Shown in pieces: positions 1 to 8,596 of a stretch of 64,000 nt of DNA. Within the stretch, counting starts at the first letter, position 1. Each line of letters begins with the position of its first letter. Source of the stretch: Candidatus Marinacidobacterales bacterium (GTDB lineage: Bacteria; Acidobacteriota; Vicinamibacteria; Marinacidobacterales; SMYC01). The stretch is taken from assembly GCA_965237955.1 (NCBI GenBank), contig OZ250169.1, positions 6,176,001 to 6,240,000 of the forward strand. Direction: 5' to 3'. A program made the translations under genes and the position numbers. Below the pieces are notes generated by a model, which was not told where the DNA came from, ran no database searches, and was given only the letters and a program-made list of their open reading frames with translations.

Positions 1-8
1 CCAACATC

Positions 9-1298
9 ATGGTGAAGCGGGTTCAGCAAAAAATCGATCAGGACCGCCCGACGGAGCAACCGGCGGATGCAGACTTCACCGTACCGACGCCGAGTCCGGA
101 AGACACCTCACCCAATGTGACCGCAGCCAAGGACGCCGGCGAGCTTGAGCCCATGGGGCCGGACACTCTCGAGAAGGTCAATGTCGATCACATCGACCGC
201 CGGCGCTTTCTGAGCGCGCTTCAACGCGATCTCTTCAGCGACAACCCTCTCCGGCCGCCGAGCGAAGTCGCATCGGTAACCGTGGGCGAGGAGACGTCAC
301 CCGATATCGAGCCGCCTCAGCCGAAAGCGCCCGACACCCAAGAAGAGATTTTGTCGGTCGAGGAACAATCGGTCATCGCCGACGCGATCGAAGACAAGGC
401 TTCCACAAGCGACGAGACCATACCGCCGACAGCCGTTCCCGAGAAAACGTCGGGGAGCCGACTGCGGCTGACGGAGCCCATCGTTCCCGATCTATCGCTT
501 TCCGATATGGCGAAGGACAAAGTGCCGGCGAGCGCGAGTGAGAAGCTCTTTTCCGACCGTCGCCACGGTGAGCGACGCGGCCCGCCCAGCGTCGACATTC
601 CACCGGCAGAGGCGCTCCGTGCAGGCGAATCGGACAAGTATGGACAACCCAAGCTACTGACCTGGGGAGGACAGGAGCAACGCGGCGCCGAGTCGAGTGT
701 GTACGCACGCATGCGAAGGCGCGACGATATCTTTCGCTACCTCGAGAACAACCTCATGGAGGTCAACTTCTCGGGCAAGGTGTTCATCAAACAGGGGACA
801 ATCTACAGCTACAGCGGCAACCTCACGTTCTGGGTCAAACCGCAACGTGAAGAGTCAGTGCCGCCGCTCGTGATCGTAAGCGGTACCGGGAAGCTCCTAC
901 TCACCGATCGGCAACGCGACATCAGCGTGATGCAAATCGAAGACGAGGAGATCTTCGTTGAACCGTCCCACTTGCTTGCATGTCAAGAAACCTTGACGCC
1001 TCGCTACGCTGTCATCGAAAAAGACGACGGTACGCCGGGCCTACACGTTCTGATGATCAAGGGAGCAGGTGTCCTCGCGCTCTCGGTGGCAACGAGCCCG
1101 TTGCTCCTCACCGTACAAAAACCCTATCCCGTGAACGTCTCGAGCTCGAGCCTTATCTCGTGGACGGGCGAACTCGCGCCCACGATCGTCGAGGACGAAG
1201 CGCTGGCGGAGATCATGCTTCCAGGGTCCGCGGAGGGTGTCAACTTGCGACTGGAAGGCGAGGGACGGTTGATAATGGAGAAATCGTCGCCGCGCTAG
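9..1298 (+). CDS. AIM24 (DUF124)-domain protein with long acidic/Pro-rich N-terminal region; probably 5'-truncated by the window edge
   Basis: C-terminal ~190 aa (LMEVNFSGKVFIKQGTIYSYSG...IFVEPSHLLAC...SLISWTG...LRLEGEGRLIME) follows the AIM24 beta-repeat pattern; the N-terminal ~230 aa is low complexity. Confidence 0.7.
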   Translation: MVKRVQQKIDQDRPTEQPADADFTVPTPSPEDTSPNVTAAKDAGELEPMGPDTLEKVNVDHIDRRRFLSALQRDLFSDNPLRPPSEVASVTVGEETSPDIEPPQPKAPDTQEEILSVEEQSVIADAIEDKASTSDETIPPTAVPEKTSGSRLRLTEPIVPDLSLSDMAKDKVPASASEKLFSDRRHGERRGPPSVDIPPAEALRAGESDKYGQPKLLTWGGQEQRGAESSVYARMRRRDDIFRYLENNLMEVNFSGKVFIKQGTIYSYSGNLTFWVKPQREESVPPLVIVSGTGKLLLTDRQRDISVMQIEDEEIFVEPSHLLACQETLTPRYAVIEKDDGTPGLHVLMIKGAGVLALSVATSPLLLTVQKPYPVNVSSSSLISWTGELAPTIVEDEALAEIMLPGSAEGVNLRLEGEGRLIMEKSSPR

Positions 1299-1323
1299 AC
1301 CGCTACCTCAACCCCAAAAAACA

Positions 1324-1411
1324 AACGCAAAGGCGCAAGGACGCAAGGGCGCAAAGAACCCGAGTCGAGCGAGATGAATCGGCCCCCTTTGCGTCTTTGC
1401 GCCTTTGCGTT
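1324..1411. repeat. Intergenic inverted repeat made of CGCAAAG-like 8-mers, between convergent genes; likely bidirectional terminator/REP-like
   Basis: aacgcaaaggcgcaaggacgcaaggg (1324-1349) pairs with ccctttgcgtctttgcgcctttgcgtt (1385-1411). Confidence 0.8.
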
Positions 1412-1424
1412 AAATTACTTCCAG

Positions 1425-2642
1425 TCACTTGATTCCCGTTCTCTCGAAGACGACTTCCCTCCCGCCCGCCTTGATCGTGTAACCGGAGGCACCGAACCGT
1501 GCGTCCATGTGGGCTGCGAGCGCGGCTTCGAACTCGCGCGCGTCCTTGGACGTGTCCCACACGCTTCGCCAAATGAGCGAGTAGCCATCGCCGTGCTCGA
1601 GAACAGCGTAGCTGTCGCCGCCCCAACCGGCCGCGGCGGTGTTCGCCGTCGCGCTCGACGCTCCGTCACCGAGAAGCACGCGGATCAAGAGCTCGCCGAG
1701 GCGGCCTTCGAAATCGACGGTGCGGCCCCGTGCTTCCGGAAGCGTCACCTCGACCGGCTCGTCCGAGCCATCGAGATACTTCTCCGGGTGGAGCACCTGT
1801 TCCATCGAACGCGGGGGCGTTTGAAGCGAATCATTCAGAAGCGCGAAGCCACCTAGCTCGTGGACGGCCACCGCGAAATTGAGTCCTTGAAAATAGGGGG
1901 CCAAAAGCTGCTCCTGGACGATGGGCGGAGCACCCTGCAATGCGGGGAAGGCGAACATCTCCGCAACCTCTGAGCCCGACATGCCCTGGAACGCCTGGCC
2001 GAACTCGGGAGCGAGTGACACCATGTATTGCTTCATCACGAGAAACGCGTCACCTTCGATGAGAGAAAGGGCCGCGAGGTGACGGTCATCGAAATAGCTT
2101 TCGACCTGAAACTTGTCCCGAATCACCACGTGCTGATCCTGTACAGCGTGCCGGAGCTCGTGCGAAAGGACGATCTGGTTCATCAAGCCGAGAGTACGGC
2201 CCGAGGAGATCGCGTAGAGTCTTTTGACGCCGGGTCGCTCATCGTAGAAGCCGGCGATGTTCTCGTTGAGCACGCGTTCTCGAATCTCTCTGAGATCCTG
2301 GTGCTCGTCGAGAAAGCCGAAAACTCTGAGCGCACGTTCTTCTCGCTCCGCGAACTCCACCGGGTAATCTTCTTCAAACCAATCGCGAATGTATCGAGCG
2401 AGCTCTCCTCTCGACATGAAATCGATAGGTACTTTGGTGCGAAACGACAGCCCGCCAATCTCTTCGACACGCCGCGCGAGCTCGTCGGCCTCGACGGGAG
2501 GAAGCCCGAGCATCACCGCGAGCTGGTCCAGCTGATTCGCAATCTGGGCGTCGTCGACTTGGATCGCGTACGCGTGTTTCGATGACGCAACGAGCGTTAG
2601 CGCCGCCGCGGCGGCGAGAAGCGAGTGAGCGATCTGTTTCAT
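1425..2642 (-). CDS. Secreted putative zinc metallopeptidase (HExxH)
   Basis: Start MKQIAHSLLAAAAALTLVA is signal-peptide-like; motifs IAGFYD, LSHELRHAVQDQH, IEGDA, PYFQG, PPRSMEQVLHPEKY, AAGWGGD. Confidence 0.7.
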   Translation of the reverse strand: MKQIAHSLLAAAAALTLVASSKHAYAIQVDDAQIANQLDQLAVMLGLPPVEADELARRVEEIGGLSFRTKVPIDFMSRGELARYIRDWFEEDYPVEFAEREERALRVFGFLDEHQDLREIRERVLNENIAGFYDERPGVKRLYAISSGRTLGLMNQIVLSHELRHAVQDQHVVIRDKFQVESYFDDRHLAALSLIEGDAFLVMKQYMVSLAPEFGQAFQGMSGSEVAEMFAFPALQGAPPIVQEQLLAPYFQGLNFAVAVHELGGFALLNDSLQTPPRSMEQVLHPEKYLDGSDEPVEVTLPEARGRTVDFEGRLGELLIRVLLGDGASSATANTAAAGWGGDSYAVLEHGDGYSLIWRSVWDTSKDAREFEAALAAHMDARFGASGYTIKAGGREVVFERTGIK

Positions 2643-2701
2643 GCTGGTTTGACCTTCCACAAAAAGGATACCGCCCCGACGGACGATCTCCAAAGAGGGT
2701 A

Positions 2702-3286
2702 CTACGCGGCTTGTGGTTGCTCGAGAATGGCTTGGAAGCGGCAGTTGTCGTCGCCCTGCCCGCGGCAACTTCGCTCGGTGACGGAGCAGCAGCGAATCTC
2801 GGCTTTGTCGAGCAAGCCCGCGAACAGAGCGGAGTAGAAATGACACCGCTTTTGGCCGCCATCCTCGGCGGGGGTATGGCAGAACAGCGAGTTGTCGACG
2901 GTGACGAGGAGGTTCTCGCCTTCGCGCTTGACCGATAGTTGGGCGTCTTTGTGGATGCTGCGAAGCCCGCTGTGAAGGAGATGTTTGACGAGGCGCTCGC
3001 GCCCGAAACGCGGCAAGCTGCCCAGGAGCCGTCTTTTGATCGGCGAGAAGTCGCCAAAGGCATGCTCGGACGCGTTCCGGCCAGCGGTATCGATCACTTT
3101 CTCGTAGAGGGTCGGGTTTCTACGCAGGTAGCCCACCGCCCCGATCACGGTGGCGATGTGAAAGTGGGTCTGTCGCGCAGACGGGTCGAAGCACTGGCTG
3201 AAGACTTCGAGCTCTTCCGGCGCGTGCCCTTCGAGCGCTTTTTGGAGGCTGGTCACGAAAAGCCGTTCGACCTGGACTTCAATCAT
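2702..3286 (-). CDS. Standalone V4R (4-vinyl reductase)-domain protein
   Basis: C-terminal CHFYSALFAGLL...VTERSCRGQGDDNCRF matches the V4R Cys pattern. Confidence 0.75.
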   Translation of the reverse strand: MIEVQVERLFVTSLQKALEGHAPEELEVFSQCFDPSARQTHFHIATVIGAVGYLRRNPTLYEKVIDTAGRNASEHAFGDFSPIKRRLLGSLPRFGRERLVKHLLHSGLRSIHKDAQLSVKREGENLLVTVDNSLFCHTPAEDGGQKRCHFYSALFAGLLDKAEIRCCSVTERSCRGQGDDNCRFQAILEQPQAA

Positions 3287-3447
3287 CGCGGTGAGGGCCG
3301 TGAGACCCGTGAGAGAAGCCTCGGAGTGCCAGAGGGCCGACGGGGTATTGCCCGGTCTTTGTGCGCGCCGGTATCATAAGCTAAGCTCGGATATTCTCGC
3401 GAGTATACCACTCGCCTAGTTGCGCCCAAAACCGATGCCCGAAACTG

Positions 3448-4053
3448 ATGATTGACATTGAAGGAGCCATCCTCGCCGGCGGCCAAAGTTCCCGGATGGG
3501 CCGGGACAAATCGGCGCTCGTTCTCGGCGGAGTGTCGGTGCTCGAGCGCGTCGGGGGCTCGATGGCCCCGCTCGTCGGCCGCATCCGCGTCATCGGCGAC
3601 CGGGTCACCGAGCCCAGGGGCTACGCGGTGCAACCCGATCTCAGGCCGGGACTCGGCCCGTTGTCGGGCATTCACGCCGCGCTCGCGACCGCCGAATCTT
3701 CGACGGTGCTCGTGGTCGCGTGCGACCTTCCGTTCGTCACTACGGAGCTCCTCGCCGGCATCATCGCGCTGTTGGAATACGGAACCGATGCCGTCGTGCC
3801 CCGAGTGTCCGGACGCGCGGTACCGGTGTGCGCTCTCTACCGCAGAGCTTGCCTCGAGCGTCTTCAAGCATGCCTCGATAATAGGGAGCTGAAAGCCCAG
3901 CAGTTCGTGGCGAGCCTCGCGACAACCTACGTGGACGAGGACGTCCTCGAGCGTATCAACTCCCCGAGGTCCCACAGGATCTGCTTGAAGAACATCAACA
4001 CCCCGGAGGATTTCGAACAAGCGCAAGCGATCGCTGCCGAAGAGCTCAAGTAG
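3448..4053 (+). CDS. mobA: Molybdenum cofactor guanylyltransferase
   Basis: ILAGGQSSRMGRDK, GPLSGI, VACDLPF, NINTPED motifs. Confidence 0.93.
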   Translation: MIDIEGAILAGGQSSRMGRDKSALVLGGVSVLERVGGSMAPLVGRIRVIGDRVTEPRGYAVQPDLRPGLGPLSGIHAALATAESSTVLVVACDLPFVTTELLAGIIALLEYGTDAVVPRVSGRAVPVCALYRRACLERLQACLDNRELKAQQFVASLATTYVDEDVLERINSPRSHRICLKNINTPEDFEQAQAIAAEELK

Positions 4054-4369
4054 CGTCGAGCACCGTTCCTTCGCTCGACGCCACGTAGCACGCGGCAGTG
4101 GCGTCACCGGTAACGTCGACGACGGTACGCCCCATATCGAGGATGCGCTCGACTCCGAGGACGAGTGCCAGCCCCTCGCCGGGGATGCCGAAGTGCAACA
4201 GCACGAGCACGATGATGGGGAGCGAACCGCTCGGAACACCTGCCGCCGCCACCGCCGTCAGCACCGAGAACGCGACGACCGAGAGCTGGTCGGCAACACC
4301 CATCGCCACGCCGAACACTTGGGCAAGAAAGAGCACGACCACGGTGACGAACAGCGCGGTGCCGTTCAT
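4046..4369 (-). pseudogene. C-terminal fragment of a dicarboxylate/amino acid:cation symporter (GltP/DctA family)
   Basis: MNGTALF...AAGVPSG...GVERILDMGRTVVDVTGD; most of the N-terminal transporter is absent and the frame abuts a repeat element. Confidence 0.85.
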
Positions 4370-4384
4370 GTCGGGGGCTTCTTC

Positions 4385-4558
4385 TCACCGAGGCGCAGAG
4401 CACGCAAAGGCAACGCAGAGAAAAGCAAAAAACGGAAAGTCGCGACGGCGAGAGAAGCGATCAGGTTGCAGGCGCTTCATATTCACGCCGTCGCAACCTC
4501 GCGACCCTACGTTTCTTCCCTCTGCGTTTCCTCTGCGTCCTTTGCGCCTCTGCGGTGA
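4385..4558. repeat. Long inverted repeat (CGCAGAG/CGCAAAG units) with inner stem, MITE/REP-like
   Basis: tcaccgaggcgcagag...aacgcagag pairs imperfectly with ctctgcgtt...gcgcctctgcggtga; inner gtcgcgacggcg / cgccgtcgcaac. Confidence 0.75.
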
Positions 4559-4567
4559 TTTGTTTCT

Positions 4568-5089
4568 TTAAGGGAATTCTCGTTGACGCCGATCGTTCCC
4601 ACGTCCGCGGACTTGGCGCATCATTTCCCCGAGCCTCCTCTGAAGCTCGACCTCGAGGATGCGGTAGCGCGCTCGCTGGCGGATGTCGAGGTTGGCGTCG
4701 ATGGCCGCGTAGCGACTCCTCTCGTTGGCCGCAAAGTCGTCGCGTAGCGTGTCGAGCTCGCTCAAGAGCGGTTGCAGCTCGCTCTCCCCCGCTTGCTCAC
4801 GCTGTAGCGTCTGCCGCATCTGCCTCAGAACTTGCATGCGGTCGCGGCGATAACCGCGCCTCGTGTCCGATAGCTTCTTCTGCGCGACCACCATGGCGCC
4901 GAACTGCTCGTCGGTCAGGTCAAGCGAATCCTGAAGCTTGCTTAGGATGTAAGCCTCCATCATGCCTTCGACTTCCTGGCGATTCGGCTGAGGATTCCGC
5001 TCCCGATTCTGCTCGGTCGATCCCGTCGCCATAGCGAAGACGGGCAACAGCACAAACGCTAGCAGTAGTTTCTTGCTCAATATCTTCAT
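4568..5089 (-). CDS. Periplasmic Spy/CpxP-like (heavy-metal sensor type) helical protein
   Basis: Signal peptide MKILSKKLLLAFVLLPVFA; LDLTDEQ motif and LDIRQRARY; third gene of the ECF operon. Confidence 0.75.
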   Translation of the reverse strand: MKILSKKLLLAFVLLPVFAMATGSTEQNRERNPQPNRQEVEGMMEAYILSKLQDSLDLTDEQFGAMVVAQKKLSDTRRGYRRDRMQVLRQMRQTLQREQAGESELQPLLSELDTLRDDFAANERSRYAAIDANLDIRQRARYRILEVELQRRLGEMMRQVRGRGNDRRQREFP

Positions 5090-5619
5090 AGGCTGGACCT
5101 CATTGCTTCCGTCAGCCGCTCGACGAATCGCTGCCGCTCGCCCGGAGTCAGGCCGCCCGGAAACACGAAAGCGTCGAGCGTGAGCTCTTCGAAGGACGGA
5201 GAAGCGACCTCGTCTAACTCTTCGTCCATCGCGCCCGACAGCGCAAGCAAGAACTGGAACTCTTCGTCCTGTTCCAACGGTGGCAGCAGATCTTCCACCT
5301 CTGGCACTTCTACTGATGCAGGCGCGGTTCCGCTCCGGTCGAGGTTCATCCAATACACCGCGCTCACCGCGATGACGACCGCCGCCGCCGTCGCCAACCA
5401 CCGCGAGAAGTTCCGTTGCACCGGTGGCCGCGCGAGAGGCGCTGCGGTCACGACATCTTCATGGAGTATCGCCAACGTTTGCTCGAGCTCTTCGAGCTCC
5501 TGTCGACACTCGGAGCAGTTCTCGAGATGCTGGCGCCAGGGCGCATCGACGGGCGAGCCCTCGAGCACGTCAACGAAAACTTCCGGCGTGAGATGGTCTT
5601 GCTGGCGTTCGCTGGTCAT
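5086..5619 (-). CDS. Zinc-binding membrane anti-sigma factor
   Basis: HLENCSEC (HxxxCxxC) motif, single TM, overlaps the ECF sigma gene. Confidence 0.85.
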   Translation of the reverse strand: MTSERQQDHLTPEVFVDVLEGSPVDAPWRQHLENCSECRQELEELEQTLAILHEDVVTAAPLARPPVQRNFSRWLATAAAVVIAVSAVYWMNLDRSGTAPASVEVPEVEDLLPPLEQDEEFQFLLALSGAMDEELDEVASPSFEELTLDAFVFPGGLTPGERQRFVERLTEAMRSSL

Positions 5620-6185
5620 GATGGCGTTCCGTCGAATAGCTTACTCGACTCTGCCTCCAGATACTTTCGCAGATTCTTCAAAGCGAAGAAGAAGTTCGCC
5701 TTGGCGGTCCCAACGGGACAGTCCATGATATCCCCAATTTCCTTGTGGGTAAGCTCCTGATAGACGCGGAGCACAAGCGTCATTCGTTGTCGTTCGGGAA
5801 GCCGGGCGACGGCGGTGCGCACCGCCGCCGACACTTCTTTTCGACCGAGCCGCTCCATCGGGGACGGTCCCGGGTCCACGAGATCCGCCGGGAGCTCCTC
5901 CACCCGCCGCTTCCGCGACGACACCCAGTTCAGACATACGTTCACCGCGATCCGGTAGACCCAGGTCGAAAGGCTCGCCTCGCCCCGAAATCCCGAGAGC
6001 CCCCGGTACGCTCGAAGGAAGACTTCCTGAGCCAGGTCTTCCGCGTCGGCGCGATTCCCGGTATAGCGGTAGCAGAGCCCGTAGACGCGCCCGCGATGCG
6101 TTCGCACGAGGTCGTCGAACGTTTGCGTTTCGTCAGTCTCGTCCGGCGGCGCCACCACAAATTCCAGCTTCTCAGCTGCGCTCAC
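5616..6185 (-). CDS. ECF sigma-70 factor
   Basis: AEDLAQEVFLRAY, STWVYRIAVN, LPERQR, EIGDIMDCPVGTAK. Confidence 0.95.
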   Translation of the reverse strand: MSAAEKLEFVVAPPDETDETQTFDDLVRTHRGRVYGLCYRYTGNRADAEDLAQEVFLRAYRGLSGFRGEASLSTWVYRIAVNVCLNWVSSRKRRVEELPADLVDPGPSPMERLGRKEVSAAVRTAVARLPERQRMTLVLRVYQELTHKEIGDIMDCPVGTAKANFFFALKNLRKYLEAESSKLFDGTPS

Positions 6186-6227
6186 CGATGTCGAATCCTA
6201 CTCAGCCCCATGTGTCCTCCCGATATC

Positions 6228-6256
6228 TTGGACATGCCGCCACCCTTGAAGGTTTA
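6228..6256 (-). promoter_or_regulatory. Candidate ECF (autoregulatory) promoter
   Basis: Minus strand TAAACC-N17-GTCCAA upstream of the sigma gene, resembling AAC/GTC ECF promoters. Confidence 0.5.
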
Positions 6257-6289
6257 ATAGCGTCCGCAATAAAGTAGTTTCTGAGCCGG

Positions 6290-6319
6290 TTGACACAAAA
6301 CCCGCCAAAGTGCTACCCT
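6290..6319 (+). promoter_or_regulatory. Candidate housekeeping sigma70 promoter for the actin-like operon
   Basis: TTGACA-N18-TACCCT with extended -10 TG. Confidence 0.5.
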
Positions 6320-6454
6320 TTTGGTGCTTTTACCTGTAGATTTGTAAGTTCCCTGCTGACTTCGACCTGGTAGAACTGTCGGGCTTGGTCCCGCGCGGGG
6401 GAGAGTTCTCTCCCCCACTCCGACGAAATCTTACAGGAAATAGGAATCGCTATA

Positions 6455-7528
6455 ATGGCTGTCCGAAAGTCTCTCAAAAAGCCCGCGCCAAGAACCAAGA
6501 CGCGCGCCAAAGCTCCGGCACGCAAGAGACCGACCCAATCGAACGGCAAGCCCATCGGTTTGGATCTCGGCACGAGTACCGTCGTCGCCGCGCGGCAAAA
6601 CGGCCGCGGCGTTCGCGCGAACACCGAGCTCAACGCGTTCATCGAGCTGCCAAAGTCCCGCTTTACCGAGCAGATCCTCGACCAAAACAAGATCGACTTC
6701 GTACGCGACAACCGTCACCTCATCGTGTTCGGAAACGGCGCGTTCAAGTTCGCGAACATGTTCAACGCCGAGACCCGGCGGCCGATGCGCCACGGGCTCG
6801 TCAATGCCGGTGAGCCCCACGCGCAAAAACTTCTCGAGGCCATCGTCGAAAAACTCGTCGGCAAGCCGCAGTCGAAGGGCGAGCTTCTTTGCTTCAGCGT
6901 TCCCGGTCCGCCTCTGGGCTCGCCGTCGAGCCTCGTGTACCACGAAGCTTTGATGAAGCAGATGCTCGACAACATGGGCTTCGAAGCCAAGTCGATCAAC
7001 GAAGGGCTCGCGGTCGTGTTCTCCGAGCTCGAGAAGGAGAACTTTTCGGGCATCGGGATAAGCTTCGGAGGCGGGCTCACGAACGTGTGTCTCGCCTATC
7101 TTTCGGTTCCAGTGTTTACCTTTGCCGTGGACAAAGGCGGTGATGACGTCGACGAAGCGGTCGGCGAAGTGACCGGCGAGACGGCGACGCGCGTCAAAGC
7201 AATCAAAGAAGAGGGGCTCGACTTGAGCCGCAAGGCTCGCAGCAAAGTCGCCGGCGCACTCCAGATATACTACGACGATCTGATCGCGACCGTCGTCGAA
7301 GGTATCGGGGAGGCGTTTTCGCGCTCCGACCGCATTCCCAAGCTCGACAAACCGCTTCCGGTCGTCCTCGGTGGCGGCACGGCTCTACCGAAGGGTTTCG
7401 TCACCCGGTTCTCGAAAGCTCTCGAAGAAGAGAACCTGCCCATCGAGCTGGACGCCGTGCGCAGGGCCAACGAGCCTCTCACCGCGACGGCACGCGGAGC
7501 GCTTTTGGCCGCGTTGTACGAGAACTGA
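6455..7528 (+). CDS. Actin-like ATPase, paralog 1 (MamK/Mad28-like), with basic N-terminal tail
   Basis: Phosphate1 GLDLGTS, connect1 INEGLAV, phosphate2 ISFGGGLTN, GGDDVD, adenosine LGGGTALPKGF, ATARGAL. Confidence 0.88.
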   Translation: MAVRKSLKKPAPRTKTRAKAPARKRPTQSNGKPIGLDLGTSTVVAARQNGRGVRANTELNAFIELPKSRFTEQILDQNKIDFVRDNRHLIVFGNGAFKFANMFNAETRRPMRHGLVNAGEPHAQKLLEAIVEKLVGKPQSKGELLCFSVPGPPLGSPSSLVYHEALMKQMLDNMGFEAKSINEGLAVVFSELEKENFSGIGISFGGGLTNVCLAYLSVPVFTFAVDKGGDDVDEAVGEVTGETATRVKAIKEEGLDLSRKARSKVAGALQIYYDDLIATVVEGIGEAFSRSDRIPKLDKPLPVVLGGGTALPKGFVTRFSKALEEENLPIELDAVRRANEPLTATARGALLAALYEN

Positions 7529-7547
7529 TTCGAAGAAGGAGACCCCC

Positions 7548-8558
7548 ATGGAAAACATGGTAGCGAGCGGCGAAGGCCGTATCGGGCTAGACGTCGGCAC
7601 GAGCAAGATCATGTCGATACGCCAAAGCGGCAACCAGCTAAAGGCATCCGCCGAGATCAACGCGTTTCTGCCGCTCCCCTATTCCCGCATCACCGAGAAC
7701 ATCCTTCTGCAAAACAAAGTCCACTACTACCAGAACAACGGGCAATTCTTCGTCTACGGCAACAACGCCGAAAAGTTCGCAGGGCTCTTCAACGCGGAGA
7801 CACGGCGACCCATGAGTGGCGGCCTCATCAACCCGGACGAGCCCGCCGCGCTCACGCTCATCAAGGTCATCATCCAGGGATTGGTGAAAAAGCCAAAGGC
7901 GAAAGACGATCTCGTGTGCTACTCGGTTCCAGGCGCTCCAGCGGACGCACCGAACAATCTGATCTACCACGAGCAGCTTCTGAAGGGCTATCTGAGCGAG
8001 CTCGGGTACCAATCGAAGAGCGTGAACGAAGGCCAGGCCATTATTTTCTCCGAGCTCGAAAAGGAGAATTTCACCGGTATCGGGATTTCCGTGGGCGGCG
8101 GAATGTGCAATGCATGCCTCGCGTACCTTTCGGTCCCGGTGGTGTCGTTCTCGACGTCCAAGGCGGGAGACTTCATCGACAAGAGCGTGGGATCGGTAAC
8201 CGGTGAGTCCGCGACCCGGGTGAAGATGATCAAGGAGCAGTCGCTCGACCTCGCACACTCTCCTAAAGACAAGGTAGAAGAAGCGCTCCATATCTACTAC
8301 GATGAGGTCATCGCCACGCTCATCAGCACTCTCAACGAAGCGGTGAGCAAGACTTCGACGGAGTCGCACCAATTGGACAAACCCCTGCCCGTCGTTCTCG
8401 CCGGCGGCACGGCACAGCCGAAGGGCTTTCGTGATCGCTTCGAGAAAGCTCTTTACGAGTCGAGTTGCCCGGTGCCCATCTCCGAGGTGAGGCTCTCACC
8501 GAACCCGACACAGGCCACCGCGCGCGGCGCATTCATCGCGGCGGTGTACGACAGCTAA
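7548..8558 (+). CDS. Actin-like ATPase, paralog 2
   Basis: AAGGAG RBS before ATG 7548; GLDVGTS, VNEGQAI, ISVGGGMCN, LAGGTAQPKGF; colinear with paralog 1 over its full length. Confidence 0.88.
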   Translation: MENMVASGEGRIGLDVGTSKIMSIRQSGNQLKASAEINAFLPLPYSRITENILLQNKVHYYQNNGQFFVYGNNAEKFAGLFNAETRRPMSGGLINPDEPAALTLIKVIIQGLVKKPKAKDDLVCYSVPGAPADAPNNLIYHEQLLKGYLSELGYQSKSVNEGQAIIFSELEKENFTGIGISVGGGMCNACLAYLSVPVVSFSTSKAGDFIDKSVGSVTGESATRVKMIKEQSLDLAHSPKDKVEEALHIYYDEVIATLISTLNEAVSKTSTESHQLDKPLPVVLAGGTAQPKGFRDRFEKALYESSCPVPISEVRLSPNPTQATARGAFIAAVYDS

Positions 8559-8596
8559 CCCGTCTCGGCAGGAGCCAATAGCGTCCCGTCGCCGAC

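Noticed and set aside
1324-4558. CRISPR array from recurring CGCAAAG or GCCATCA repeats
   Set aside because: Units are 7-9 nt in inverted arms, with no regular repeat-spacer period and no cas genes.
6397-6416. Riboswitch upstream of the actin-like operon
   Set aside because: Only a 9-bp hairpin (gggggagag-tt-ctctccccc); no known aptamer consensus recognised.
6455-8558. Magnetosome island or mreB/ftsA locus
   Set aside because: No mam/mad/feo genes and no mreC/mreD/ftsZ in the window; only family-level resemblance is claimed.
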